Assembly (NCBI GenBank): GCA_964016885.1
Contig: OZ024741.1
Location: 399,652,001 to 399,716,000 of the forward strand
Source of the DNA: Eledone cirrhosa
Taxonomy: Eukaryota
Length of the DNA stretch: 64,000 bases
Direction of reading: 5' to 3'
Position 1 is the first letter of the stretch; each line of letters starts with the position of its first letter. Shown piece by piece: positions 1 to 14,137 of the stretch. The notes under the pieces are model-generated. The model saw only the letters and a program-made list of their open reading frames with translations, made no database searches and was not told the origin of the DNA. Both the position numbers and the translations under genes were made by a program.

Positions 1-3000
1 GTGACGGTATATATAATATAGGGACAGATAACAGCTCCAATGACGGTATATATAATATAGGGACAGATAACAGCTCCAATGACGGTATATATAATATAGG
101 GACAGATAACAGCTCCAGTGACAGTATATATAATATAGGGACCGATAACAGCTCCAGTGACGGTATATATAATATAGGGACATATAACAACTCCAGTGAC
201 GGTGTATATTATAAAGGGACATATAACAGCTCCAGTATGGGTACATATAATAGAGAGAAAGATAACAGCTCCAGTAGGGGTATATATAATATAGGTAGAG
301 GTAACAGCTCCAGTGAGGGTATATATAATATAGGGACAGATAACAGCTCCAGTGACTGTATATATAATATAGGGACAGATAACACCTCCAGTGACGGTAT
401 ATATAACATAGTGACAGATAACAACTCTAGTGACGGTATATATAATATAGGGACAGATAACAGCTCCAGTAGGGGTATATATAATATAGGGACAGATAAC
501 AGCTCCAGTAGTGGTATATATAATATAGGGACAGGTAACAGCTCCAGCAGGGGTATATATAATATAGGGACAGATAACAGCTCAATTGACAGTATATATA
601 ATATAGCAACAGATAACAGCTCCAGTGACGGTATATATAATATAGGGAGAGATAACAGCTCCAATGACGGTATATATAATATAGGGACAGATAACAGCTC
701 CAGGAGGGGTATATATAATATAGGGACCGATAACAGCTCCACTGACGGTATATATAATATAGAGACAGAAACCAGCTCCAGTAGGGTATACATAAAATAG
801 GGACAGATAACAGTTCCAGTAGGAGTATATATTATATAGGGACAGATAACTGCTCCATGACGGTATATATAATATAGGGACAGATAACAGCTCCAGTGAC
901 GGTATATATAATATAGGGACAGATAAAAGCTCCAGTGAAGGTTTATATAATATAGACACCGATAACAGCTCCAGTAGGGGTATATATTATATAGGGACAG
1001 AATAAATCTCCAGTGACGGCATATATAATATAGAGACAGATAACAGCTCCAGTGACGGTATACATAATATAGGGACAGATAACAACTCCAGTGACGGTAT
1101 ATATAATATAGGGAGAGATAACAGCTCCAGCAACGATTTATATAATATAGAGACAGATAACAGCTCCAGTGACGGTATATATACTATAGAGACATATAAC
1201 AGCTCCATTGACGGTGTATATTATAAAGGGACAGATAACAGCTCCAGTAGGGGTATATATAATAGAGAGACAGATAACAGCTCCATTAGGGGTATATATA
1301 ATATAGGGACAGATAACAGCTCCAGTGACGGTATATATAATATAGGGACAGATAACAGCTCCAATGACGGTATATTTAATATAGAGACGGATAAAAACTC
1401 CAGTAGGGGTATGTATAATATAGGGACAGATAACAGCTCCAGTAGGGGTATATATAATATAGGGACGGATAACAGCTCCATTGACGGTATATATAATATA
1501 GGGACAGATAATAGCTCCACTGACGGTATATATAATATAGGGAAAGATAACAGCTCCAGTGGCGGTATATATAATATAGTGACCGATAACAGCTCCAGTG
1601 ACCGTATATATAATATAGGGACAGATAACAGCTCCATTAATATAGAGACGGATAAAAGCTTCATTAGGGATATATATAAAATAGGGACATATAACAGCTC
1701 CAGTAGGGGTATATATAATATAGGGACAGATAATAGCTCCAGCAGGGGTATATATAATATAGGGACAGATAACAGCACCAGTAGGGGTATATATAATATA
1801 GGGACAGATAACATTTCCAATGACGGTATATATAATATAGGGACAGATAAAAGCTCCATTAGGGGTATATATAATATTGGGACAGATAACAGCTCCAGCG
1901 GGGGTATATATAATATAGGGGCAGATAACAGCTCCAGTGACGGTATATATAATAAGGGACAGATAATAGCTCCACTGACGGTATATATAATATAGGGAAA
2001 GATAACAGCTCCAGTGGCGGTATATATAATATAGTGACCGATAACAGCTCCAGTGACCGTATATATAATATAGGGACAGATAACAGCTCCATTGACGGTA
2101 TATATAATATAGGGACAGATGACACCTCCAGTGACGGTATATATAATATACTGACAGATAACAGCTCCAGTAGGGGTATATATAATATACGGAGGATAAC
2201 AGCTCCATTGACGGTATATATGATATAGGGACAGATAAAAGCTTCAGTAGGGTTATATATAATATAGGTACAGATAACACCTCCAGCGGGGGTATATATA
2301 ATATAGGGACAGATAGCAGCTCCAATGACGGTATATATAATATAGGGACAGATAACAGCTCCAGTAGGGGTATATATAATACAGGGACAGATAACAGCTC
2401 CAGTAGTGGTTTATATAACATAAGGACAGGTAACAGTTCCAGTGACTGTATATATAATATAGAGACAGATAACAGCTCCAGTAGGGGTATATATAATATT
2501 GGGACAGATAACTGCTCCAGTGACGGTATATATAATATAGGGGCAGATAACAGCTCCAGTGACGGTATATATAATATAGAGACAGATAAGGCTCCAGTAG
2601 GGTATATATAAAATAAGGACAGATAACAGCTCCAGTAGGGGTATATATTATATAGGGATAGATAAAAGCTCCAGTGACGGTATATATAATATAGGGACAG
2701 ATAACAGCTCCAGTGAGTGTATATATAATATAGAGACAGATAACAGCTCCAGTGACGGTATATATACTATAGAGACATATAAAAGCTCCATTAGGCGTAT
2801 ATATAATATAGGGAGATATAACAGCTCCAGTAGGGGTATATAAAATATAGGGACAGATAACAGCTCCAGTGACGGTATATATAATATAGGGAAAGATAGC
2901 AGCTCCAGTAGGGGTATATATAATATAGGGACTGATAACAGTTCCAGTGACGGTATATATGATATAGGGACAGATAACAGCTCGTGTAACGGTATATATA

Positions 3001-6000
3001 ATATAGGGATAGATAACAGCCCCATATGGCTTTATATCATATAGGGACGGATAACAGCTCCAGTATGGGTATATATAATATAGGGACAGATAACAGCTCC
3101 GGTGACGGTATATATAATATAGAGACAGATAGCAGCTCCAGTGACGGTATATATACTATCGAGACACATAACAGCTCCAGTAGTGGTATATATAATATAG
3201 GGACAGATAACAGCTCCAATAGGGATATATATAATATAGGGACAGATATCAACTCCAGTGACGGAATATATAATATAGGGACATATAACAGCTCCAGTGA
3301 CGGTATATATAATATAGGGACAGATAACAGCTCCAATGAAGGTATATATATTATAGGGACAGATAATACCTCCAGTGCCGGTATATATAATATAGGGCCA
3401 GATAACTGCTCCAGTGACGGTATATATAATATAGGGACAGATAACAGCTCCACTGACGGTATATATAATATAGGGACAGATAACAGCCCCATAGGGGTAT
3501 ATATAATAGAGGTCAGATTAGAGCTCCAGTAGGAGTATATATAATATAGGGATAGATAACAGCTCCATAGGGGTGTATATAATATAGGGACAGATAACAG
3601 CTCGAGTGGCGTTACATATAATATAGGGACAGATAACAGCTCTATTAGGGGTATATATAATATAGGGACAGATAATAGCTCCTGTAGGGGTATATATAAT
3701 ATATGGACAGATAACAGCTCCAGCGACGGTATATATAATATACAGACAGATAACAGCTCCAGTAGGGGTATATATAAGATAGGGACAGATAATACCTCCA
3801 GTGCCGGTATATATAATATAGGGCCAGATAACTGCTCCAGTGACGGTATATATAATATAGGGACAGATAACAGCTCCACTGACGGTATATATAATATAGG
3901 GACAGATAATAGCTCCAGTAGGCGTATATATAATATAGGGACAGATAACAGCTCCAGTGACGGTATATTTAATATAGGGACGGATAAAAGCTCCAGTAGG
4001 GGTATATATAATATAGGGACAGATAACAGCTCCAGTAACGATTTATATAATATAGAGACAGATAACAGCTCCAGTGACGGTATATATAATATAGGGACAG
4101 GTAACAGCTCCACTGACGGTGTATATTATAAAGGGACAGATAACAATTTCAGTAGGGGTATATATAATAGAGAGACAGATAACAACTCCAGTATGGGTAT
4201 ATATAATATAGGGACAGATAACAGCTCCAGTGACGGTATATTTAATATAGGAATGGATAAAAGCTCCAGTAGGGGTATATATAATATAGGGACAGATAAC
4301 AGCTCCAGTAGGGGTATATATAATATAGGGACAGATAACAGCTCCAGTGAAGGTATATATAATATAGGGACAGATAACAGCTCCAGTAGGGGTATATATA
4401 ATACAGGGACAGATAACAGCTCCAGTAGTGGTATATATAATATAGGGACAGGTAACAGCTCAAGCAGGGGTATATATAATATAGGGACAGATAACAGCTC
4501 AAGTGACAGTATATATAATATAGCAACAGATACCAGCTCCAGTGACGGTATATATAATATAGGGACAGATAACAGCTCCAATGACAGTATATATAATATA
4601 GGGACAGATAACAGCTCCAGGAGGGGTATATATAATATAGGGACCGATAACAGCTCCACTGACGGTATATATAATATAGAGACAGATAACAGCTCCAGTA
4701 GGGTATACATAAAATAGGGACAGATAACAGTTCCAGTAGGAGTATGTATTATATAGGGACAGATAAAAGCTCCAGTGACGGCATATATAATATAGAGACC
4801 GATAACAGCTCCAGTGACGGTATATATAATATAGGGACCGATAACAGCTCCAGTGACGTTATATATAATATAGGGACATGTAACAACTCCAGTGACGGTG
4901 TATATTATAAAGGGACAGATAACAGCTCCAGTATGGGTATATATAATAGAGAGACAGATAACAACTCCAGTAGGGGTATATATAATATAGGGACAGATAA
5001 CAGCTCCACTGACGGTATATATAATATAGGGACAGATAACAGCTCCAGTGGCGGTATATATAATATAGTGACCGATAACAGCTCCAGTGACCGTATATAT
5101 AATATAGGCACAGATAAAAGCTCCAGTGGCGGTATATATAATATAGGGACCGATAACAGCTCCAAAGACCGTATATATAATATAGGGATAGATAAAAGCT
5201 CCAGTAGGGGTATATATAATATAGGGACAGATAAGATCTCCAATGACGGTATATATAAAATAGGGACAGATAACAGCTCCAGTAGGAGTATATATAATAT
5301 AGGGACAGATAACAGCTCAAGTGACGGTATATATAATATAGCAACAGATAACAGCTCCAGTGACGGTATATATAATATAGGGACAGATAACAGCTCCAAT
5401 GACTCTATATATAATATAGGGACAGATAACAGCTCCAGGAGGGGTATATATAATATAGGGACCGATAACAGCTCCAGTGACGGTATATATAATATAGAGA
5501 CCGATAACAGCTCCAGTAGGGTATATATAAAATAGGGACAGATAACAGTTCCAGTAGGGGTATATATTATATAGGTACAGATAAAAGCTCCAGTGACGGC
5601 ATATATAATATACAGATAGATAACAGCTCCAGTGACGGTATTTATAATATAGGGACAGATAACAGCTCCAATGACGGTATATATAATATAGGGACAGTTA
5701 CCAGCTCCAGTGACAGTATATATAATATAGGGACCGATAACAGCTCCAGTGACGGTATATATAATATAGGGACATGTAACAACTCCAGTGACGGTGTATA
5801 TTATAAAGGGACAGATAACAGCTCCAGTATGGGTATTTATAATAGAGAGACAGATAACAACTCCAGTAGGGGTATATATAATATAGGGACAGATAACAGC
5901 TCCAGTGGCGGTATATATAATATAGTGACCGATAACAGCTCCAGTGACCGTATATATAATATAGGGACAGATAAAAGCTCCAGTGGCGGTATATATAATA

Positions 6001-8740
6001 TAGGGACGGATAGCAGCTCCAATGACAGTATATATAATATAGGGACAGATAAAAGCTCCAGTAGGGGTATATATAATATAGGGACAGATAACAGCTCCAG
6101 TGACGGTATGTATAATATAGGGACAGATAACAGCTCCAGTAGGAGTATATATAATATAGGGACAGATAACAGCTCCAGTAGTGGTATATATAATATGGGC
6201 ACAGATAACAGCTCCAGTGACGGTATATATAATATAGAGACAGATAATAGCTCCAGTAGGCGTATATATAATATAGGGACAGATAACAGCTCCAGTGACG
6301 GTATATTTAATATGGGGACGGATAAAAGCTCCAGTAGGGGTATACATAATATAGGGACAGATAACAGCTCCAGTTACGATTTATATAATATAGAGACAGA
6401 TAACAGCTCCAGTGACGGTATATATAATATAGGGACAGGTAACAGCTCCACTGACGGTGTATATTATAAAGGGACAGATAACAATTTCAGTAGGGGTATA
6501 TATAATAGAGAGACAGATAACAACTCCAGTATGGGTATATATAATATAGGGACAGATAACAGCTCCAGTGACGGTATATATAATATAGGGACAGATAACA
6601 GCTCCAGTGACGGTATATTTAATATAGGGATGGATAAAAGCTCCAGTAGGGGTATATATAATATAGGGACAGATAACAGCTCCAGTAGGGGTATATATAA
6701 TATAGGGAGAGGTAACAGCTCCAGTGACGGTATATATAATATAGGGACAGATAAAAGCTCCAGTAGGGGTATATATAATATAGGGACAGATAACAGCTCC
6801 AGCGGGGGTATATATAATATAGGGACAGATAACAGCTCCAGTGACGGTATATATAATATAGGGACAGATAACAGCTCCAGTGACGGTATATATAATATAG
6901 GGACAGATAACAGCTTTAGTGACGGTATATATAATATAGGGACAGATAGCAGCTCCAGTGACGGTATATATAATATAGGGACAGATAACAGCTCTAGTAG
7001 GGGTATATATAATACAGGGACAGATAACAGCTCCAGTAGTGGTATATATAATATAGGGACAGATAACAGCTCCAGCAGGGGTATATATAATATAGGGACA
7101 GATAACAGCTCAAGTGACGGTATATATAATATAGCAACAGATAACAGCTCCAGTAACGGTATATATAATATAGGGACAGATAACAGCTCCAATGACGGTA
7201 TATATAATATAGGGACAGATAACAGCTCCAGGAGGGGTATATATAATATAGGGACCGATAACAGCTCCAGTGACGGTATATATAATATAGAGACAGATAA
7301 CAGCTCTAGTACGGTATATATTATATAGGGACAGATAAAAGCTCCAGTGACGGCATATATATTATAGAGACAGATAACAGCTCCAGTGACGGTATATATA
7401 ATATAGGGACAGAGAACAGCTCCAATGACGGTATATATAATATAGGGACAGATAACAGCTCCAGTGGCGGTATATATAATATAGGAACCGATAACATCTC
7501 CAGTGACCGTATATATATTATAGGGACAGATAAAAGCTCCAGTGGCGGTATATATATTATAGGGACCGATAACAGCTCCAATGACCGTATATATAATATA
7601 GGGACAGATAAAAGCTCCAGTAGGGGTATATATAATATAGGGACAGATAACATCTCCAGTGACGGTATATATAAAATAGGGACAGAGAACAGCTCCAGTA
7701 GGAGTATATATAATATAGGGACAGATAACAGCTCCAATAGGGGTATATATAATATAGGGACAGATAACATCTCCAGTAGGGGTATATATAATATGGGGAC
7801 AGATAACAGCTCCAGTGACGGTATATATAATATAGGGACAGATAACAGCTCCAGTAGGGGTATATATAATATGGGGACAGATAACAGCTCCAGTAGTGGT
7901 ATATATAATATTAGGACACATAACAGCTCCAATGACGGTATATATAATATAGGGACAGATAACAGCTCCAGTGACGGTATATATAATATAGGGACAGATA
8001 ACAGCTCCAGTAACGGTATATATAATATAGGGAGAGATAACATCTCCAGTAGGGGTATATATATAATATAGGGACAGATAACAGCTCCAGTGACGGTATA
8101 TATAATAGAGGGACAGATAACACCTCCAGTGACCGTATATATAATATAGGAACAGATAACAGTTCCAGTAGAAGTATATATAATATAGGGACAGATAACA
8201 GCTCCAGTGACGGTATATATAATATAGGGACGTATAACAGCTCCATTAGGAGTATATATAATATAGGGACAGATAACAGCTCCAATAGGAGTATATGTAA
8301 TATAGGGACAGATAACAGCTCCAATAGGGGTATATATAATACAGGGACAGATAACAGCTCCAATGACGGTATATATAATATAGGGACAGATAACAGCTCC
8401 AATGACGGTATATATAATATAGGGACAGATAACAGCTCCAGTAACGGTATATATAATATAGGGACAGATAACAGCTCCAGTAGGGGTATATATAATATAG
8501 GGACAGATAACAGCTCGAGTGACGGTATATATAATAGAGGGACAGATAACACCTCCAGTGACGGTATATATAATATAGGAACAGATAACAGCTCTAGTAG
8601 AAGTATATATAATATAGGGACAGATAACAGCTCCAGTAGGGGTATATATAATAGAGAGACAGATAACAACTCCAGTAGGGGTATATATAATATAGGGACA
8701 GCTCACAGCTCTAGTGACAGTATATATAATATAGGGACCA
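1..8740. repeat. 39-bp satellite (gggacagataacagctccagtgacggtatatataatata), >220 copies, runs off the left edge
   Basis: Period 39; explains all 13-aa-periodic ORFs in this region. Confidence 0.97.
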
Positions 8741-8968
8741 ACACTGTTAAAAACATAGAATAAAGAGCTTTTATTTCTCCGTGGAATTGTAAGAGGCGCA
8801 TCCTTCTCCAGGTGTGGACCCAGACAATTAACTCTAGAAAGAGGGGAATTATTGACTCTAGTACTTTATTTATCGACCACGATTGTATAATTGGCAAAGT
8901 CCACATATGAGAGATTACAACTCAGAGCACAGTGAGTCGGAACAAACAAAACAGTTATCAATTTGCCC

Positions 8969-8972
<4 letters not shown>

Positions 8973-9042
<70 letters not shown>
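8973..9042. repeat. (TA)n microsatellite
   Basis: Seen directly. Confidence 0.95.
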
Positions 9043-9046
<4 letters not shown>

Positions 9047-9077
9047 TAAAATGGCGACCTGTGTGGTTGTAATTAAG

Positions 9078-9625
9078 TATAATGAAAATAAAAGCTACGG
9101 GCGAAAGAGGGTAATATTCATCGTCATTTGTCTGCTAGGAATCATAGGTATTTCTTCGCCTTAGAGACAAGATACCTCATCCTAGGGCGAACAATAACTA
9201 AAATAAATTATTGGGATAAAAAAAGGGGGAGAGAGAGAAAAAAATGTAAACAGACACGAAGGGGGAAGCAACGTAAAGAGAAGAAAAATATCAAGTCAAC
9301 AACTCATTTCGAACACAAGTTCTGTCGAGTTTGACGAGAGAAAAAGATACATCTTCACTGTAGCCGTGTGAGAGAGAGAAGAGACTGCTTACAGTGGTGG
9401 ACGAGGGAGGAAGTGGGCTAGAGGAGAGAGGGTGACTTTGCGTTGCTTCACCCTTCGTGTCTGTTTACATGTTTTTCTCCCTCTCCCCCCTTTTTTTATC
9501 CTAATAACTTATTTTAGTTAGGCTGAGGTATCTTGTCTCTAACGCGGAGAAATACCTATGATTCCTAGCAGACAACTGACGATGGATATTGCCCTCTTTC
9601 TCCCGTAGCTTTTATTTTCATTATA
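9078..9625. mobile_element. Foldback/MITE-like element with ~200-bp imperfect inverted arms between TA tracts
   Basis: tataatgaaaataaaagctacggg... (9078-9277) is the reverse complement of ...cccgtagcttttattttcattata (9437-9625). Confidence 0.7.
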
Positions 9626-10014
9626 TATATATATATATAAATTAATAAAAACAATGAATAAAAACAAAGAAACAGTTCCTTATATTAAAAAATTCATCAT
9701 TTTACGATCGTTTCTAGGATATATATGTGTGTGTTGGTATGTATATCATATAGATCTATGTAAAAATTTTACAAACTATCAGAGGGAATATACATACCTA
9801 CACATATATATGCTGTCTTCAGAAATAATCCTGTTTCTTTGTTTTTATTCATTGTTTTTATTAATTTATCTTGACTCTGTTTTCCTGTGATTTTCATCTA
9901 AAAAATTTTTTGAATACATCGCTTTTCATGATATTTGGATTACATTGAGTTCTTCATACGGATTAGACACTACCGTATATTTTGGTAGATTTATCTCTCT
10001 TTCTCTCTCTCTCA

Positions 10015-10021
<7 letters not shown>

Positions 10022-10077
<56 letters not shown>
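10022..10077. repeat. (TA)n microsatellite preceded by a CT-rich tract
   Basis: Seen directly. Confidence 0.95.
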
Positions 10078-10079
<2 letters not shown>

Positions 10080-10089
10080 AACGAGTAGG

Positions 10090-10188
10090 ACCGCGACGGC
10101 TGAGATCAAGCCGTTTCGACGGCTAATTCTGGACTAAATGAAAAAATTTTTTATCCTGGTATATGAATAGCCGAGCTTCTCAAGGGGT
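10090..10188 (-). ncRNA. Candidate type I hammerhead ribozyme (U3-A8 core variant)
   Basis: ACCCC-UUGAGAA-G..CGGCUA[loop]UAGCCG.C-GAAA-CGGCU[UGAUCUC]AGCCG-UC^-GCGGU. Confidence 0.6.
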
Positions 10189-11245
10189 AATTCCATATAT
10201 GGTAAAAGTGATTGTCACAAGGATTGGTCAAAAGTTTGTTGTTGAGACACATAATTCTATCATGGCAATTTGTGGGAGGAAGGGGTAGCTGAACCTGCCA
10301 GTAGAAGAAAGAGGGAGAGGGAGTGGAGGAAACCCAGTCGTGCGTTGATAGTGCAAACTACAGCAGGATCCTAAGGGCAGGAGGTCAAGCAAGTATACTA
10401 GGGAGGGGGAGGGGGAGGCAGTTGAAACAATAAGTAAATCAATATGGAGTAAATATATAGAAGAATACCAAGAATGTTAAAAATATAATAAAACAATTTC
10501 TGGTTACTATTCCCTAACCACAATCATCAAGTCTCTCACTGGTACTGCTAAACTATAGAAAAGTTTACTAGGTGGGACGGAATTGTAGTGGTACAATTTT
10601 ATGAGTTAGTAGTAATCAACCGAGTATATCTTACAGTGACAGGTCAACAAGTGGGGGGCCAAAATACTAAAGAAACTACCACGAAATAATAATTCAGAGA
10701 CCCGAAACTAATACGAAATAATTGTTTCTACTTTAGGCACAAGGCCAGCAACCACCCAGTGCAAAACATAAACTAATACGAAATAATAATTCAGAATCCC
10801 GAAAATGAATACTAATACTATCTCTAAGGGTGCCGCTACGATACAAAAATTCTAGTACAAACTAAATAAATGCTCGTACGAAGTATATGAAAAATTTGAT
10901 ACGGAAAATTAATTCAGAATCCCCCCCCCCCCCAAAAAAAAAAAATAATAAATACTGATATACGAGAAACTAAAGCAGAGATACCACTAAGAAATGTAGA
11001 AAGCACGGAAATGGGGCAGCCATCGGATAAGAAAGCAAGTATCTGGGGTCTATCACCTCTGCTATAAAAAGCGGAGTCGGCCAATTCTATCATAGAATAG
11101 GGGATGGGGGTGGGGGTACTGGGGCTATCGTAGCGGCACCCTTAGAGATAGTATTAGTATTCATTTTCGGGATTCTGAATTATTATTTCGTATTAGTTTA
11201 TGTTTTGCACTGGATATCTGGGGTCTATCACCTCTGCTATAAAAA

Positions 11246-11911
11246 GAGAGAGAGAGATGGGGGAGCGAGGGGAGAGAATTGGACCCCACGACTGACTACT
11301 ATACAACTAAGTTCCCCCAGAGAGAGAGAGATGGGGGAGCGAGGAGAGAGAATTGGACCCCACGACTGACTACTATACAACTAAGTTCCCCCAGAGAGAG
11401 AGAGATGGGGGAGCGAGGGGAGAGAATTAGACCCCACGACTGACTACTATACAACTAAGTTCCCCCAGAGAGAGAGAGATGGGGGTGAGAGGGGAGAGAA
11501 TTAGACCCCACTACTGACTACTATACAACTAAGTTCCCCCAGAGAGAGAGAGATGGGGGAGCGAGGGGAGATAATTGGTCCCCACTACTGACTACTATAC
11601 AACTAAGTTCCCCCAGAGAGAGAGAGATGGGGGAGCGAGGAGAGAGAATTGGACCCCACTACTGACTACTATACAACTAAGTTCCCCCAGAGAGAGAGCG
11701 ATGGGGGAGCGAGGGGAGATAATTGGTCCCCACTACTGACTACTATACAACTAAGTTCCCCCAGAGAGAGAGAGATGGGGGAGCGAGGGGAGATAATTGG
11801 TCCCCACTACTGACTACTATACAACTAAGTTCCCCCAGAGAGAGAGAGATGGGGGAGCGAGGGGAGATAATTGGTCCCCAATACTGACTACTATACAACT
11901 AAGTTCCCCCA
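11246..11911. repeat. 74-bp minisatellite, 9 copies
   Basis: Unit gagagagagagatgggggagcgaggggagagaattggaccccacgactgactactatacaactaagttccccca; period 74. Confidence 0.93.
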
Positions 11912-11981
11912 GTTAGAATATACAGCAAACCTCCCAATTTTACATATCAAAGTTAGCTTGGTGCAAGTAATTGGAATTTAA

Positions 11982-12201
11982 CCCTTTAGCATTTAAACGG
12001 GCCATATCCAGCCAGAACTCTTTCACCTCTTCCTGTTCAAACTGGCCGTATCTGGCTGCTCATACTGATGTTAAGGTATTGTACTCAAAATAAATAACAT
12101 CAAAATCTCATAGATTCGATATTATAAGAGATAATTATGTAAGATAAACTTTTACCGTGAAAATATAATAGTAACTATAGAGTAATGTAAATGCTAAAGG
12201 G
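11982..12201 (+). mobile_element. piggyBac-type MITE (~220 bp)
   Basis: TTAA|CCCTTTAGCATTTA ... TAAATGCTAAAGGG|TTAA: TTAA target-site duplication and CCCT terminal inverted repeats. Confidence 0.85.
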
Positions 12202-12517
12202 TTAAAAGTTATACATACAAGTATTAAATTTGAAAATGTTAACCCTCCTAAAACCAAAGAGCCTAGCTGAGGGCACAAATAATTTGCTACGGCTGTCACT
12301 GGTGGAAGCTCCGACTACAGGAGCCAGGGGCAATTGACTTCTTTAAATCCAGCCCTGACCCCATTGCTGGACTGGTAATTTATTGACATCAAAACGATAG
12401 ATGGCAGAGTTGATCTTGGTTGGATTTCAACTCCGAGTAGAGAGAGACGGTACAAACACCACAAAACATTCTATACAACGTTCCAACAACTCTGCCAATT
12501 ACAAACAATATTACACA

Positions 12518-12543
12518 TGTGTGTGTGTGTGTGCGCACGCGCA

Positions 12544-12594
<51 letters not shown>

Positions 12595-12604
12595 ACACAC
12601 ACAC
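12518..12604. repeat. (TG)n-(CG)-(CA)n compound microsatellite
   Basis: Seen directly. Confidence 0.9.
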
Positions 12605-12660
12605 CATAAATTTGAAAACAATTGATTAATAACAATATAAACAGGAATAGAATGCATATA

Positions 12661-12666
12661 TTTATT
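12661..12666 (-). promoter_or_regulatory. Candidate polyadenylation signal AATAAA
   Basis: tttatt on the + strand, ~83 nt past the stop codon. Confidence 0.55.
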
Positions 12667-12748
12667 TTCAATTTACTTAAATTAAGGTGTTACATATAAA
12701 ATTTTCCTTTAGAAATACATAAATTCATCTGTAAAATATATGTTCAAA

Positions 12749-12852
12749 TTATTGTGGTATTGCCCTCATCGTCGTAGATTCAACTCCAGAGCAAACGTTA
12801 CAGGCGCAGGAAACAATTCGGCTAAAGTTGTGTCTGTGAGTTTTTCTATTTT
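12749..12852 (-). CDS. Mucin terminal exon L: cystine knot part 2 and stop
   Basis: tttcttatag|AAAAT...; ENRKTHRHNFSRIVSCACNVCSGVESTTMRAIPQ*. Supplies CxC and brings the knot to 11 Cys. Confidence 0.85.
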
Positions 12853-13148
12853 CTATAAGAAATAAAAGCAACAAAATAGGAATAAAGAAAAATAATTGAT
12901 TTCTCCGAAGTCCCCGACTATGGACCCCCTTGATAATGAATGGTAAATCCGAAATATTTAGGGACTAATAAATTGCTACGGTAATTTTCAGTCATTCTTT
13001 TCCTTTTTTTATTTTCCTTCTTTTCCCACTTTTTCCTTTCTATCTCATCTCTCTCAATCTCTATGTAAGTGAGATGCAGACCTTGGGCATACAGAACAGG
13101 TTCTGGTTTGGTTTTTACAGATGGATGCCCTTCCTAACACCCACCATA

Positions 13149-13890
13149 TTTACAGTGTGTGCTGGGTGCTTTTTTTGTCGTGATACTTACACGACCACTT
13201 TACAGTGTGTGCTGGGTGCTTTTTTGTCATGATACTTTCACGACCACTTTATAGTGTGGGCTGGGTACTTTTTGTCAGGACACCTACACAACCACTTTAC
13301 AGTGTGTGCTGGGTGCTTTTTGTCATGATACTTTCACGACCACTTTACAGTGTGGGCTGGGTACTTTTTGTCATGACACCTACACGACCACTTTACAGTG
13401 TGGGCTGGGTGATTTTAGTCGAGACACCTACATAACCACTTTACAGTGTGGGCTGCGTGCTTTTTGTCGTGACACCTACACGACTACTTTACAGTGTGGG
13501 CTGGGTGCTTTTTGTCGGGACACCTACATAACCACTTAACAATGTGGGCTGGGTACTTTTTGCCGTGGCACCAAGATGATCACTTTACCGTGTGTGCTGG
13601 AGATATTTGTTGTGACATCTACACGACCACTTTACAGTGTGGACTGGGTACTTTTTGCTGTGTCTCCTAAAAGAGAACTTTACAATGTGGGCTGGGTACT
13701 TTTTATTATGACACCTACATGACCACTTTAGGGTGTGGGCTTGGCCCTTTTTGTCGAGACACCAACATGACAAATTTACTGTGTGGGCAGAGCCCTTTTT
13801 ACCGTGACACCTACATGACCAGTTTACAGTGTGGGCAGAGTCCTTTTTACCATGATGCCTACACGACCAGTTTACAGTGTGGGCTGGGCA
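13149..13890. repeat. 48-bp minisatellite (~15 copies) derived from the RTE/SINE 3' segment
   Basis: Unit ctttacagtgtgggctgggtactttttgtcatgacacctacacgacca. It follows ggatgcccttcctaacac, the same context as the RTE-A 3' UTR. Confidence 0.85.
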
Positions 13891-13930
13891 GACTGTTATA
13901 TTATATATAAAATTAAATAACTCTACATAC

Positions 13931-14137
13931 CACACATCACCATCACAGAATCTTGTTTAACTTCAGCCGGAGCGCAGCAACGACATACACTCTGTATGTT
14001 ACCATCTTCCCTTGTGCGAGCATAAGAGTTACATGATCCACGACATTCCATAACTTTAACTGGATGAACTGCTTCACATCCCATAACTTTTAGTGTAATA
14101 TTTACTGCAAATGGTGAGCACTGGTCTTTTGGAGCTT
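13931..14137 (-). CDS. Mucin exon K: C-terminal cystine knot, part 1
   Basis: tcttctcttgtag|AAGCT ... TGTG|gtatgt; 207 nt; contains CxGxC (CRGSC) and CRCC motifs. Confidence 0.9.

Noticed and set aside
209-8706. Many long ORFs resembling LRR, ice-nucleation or membrane proteins
   Set aside because: Translations of a 39-bp satellite, open on both strands, with frameshifts scattered throughout and no splice or start context.
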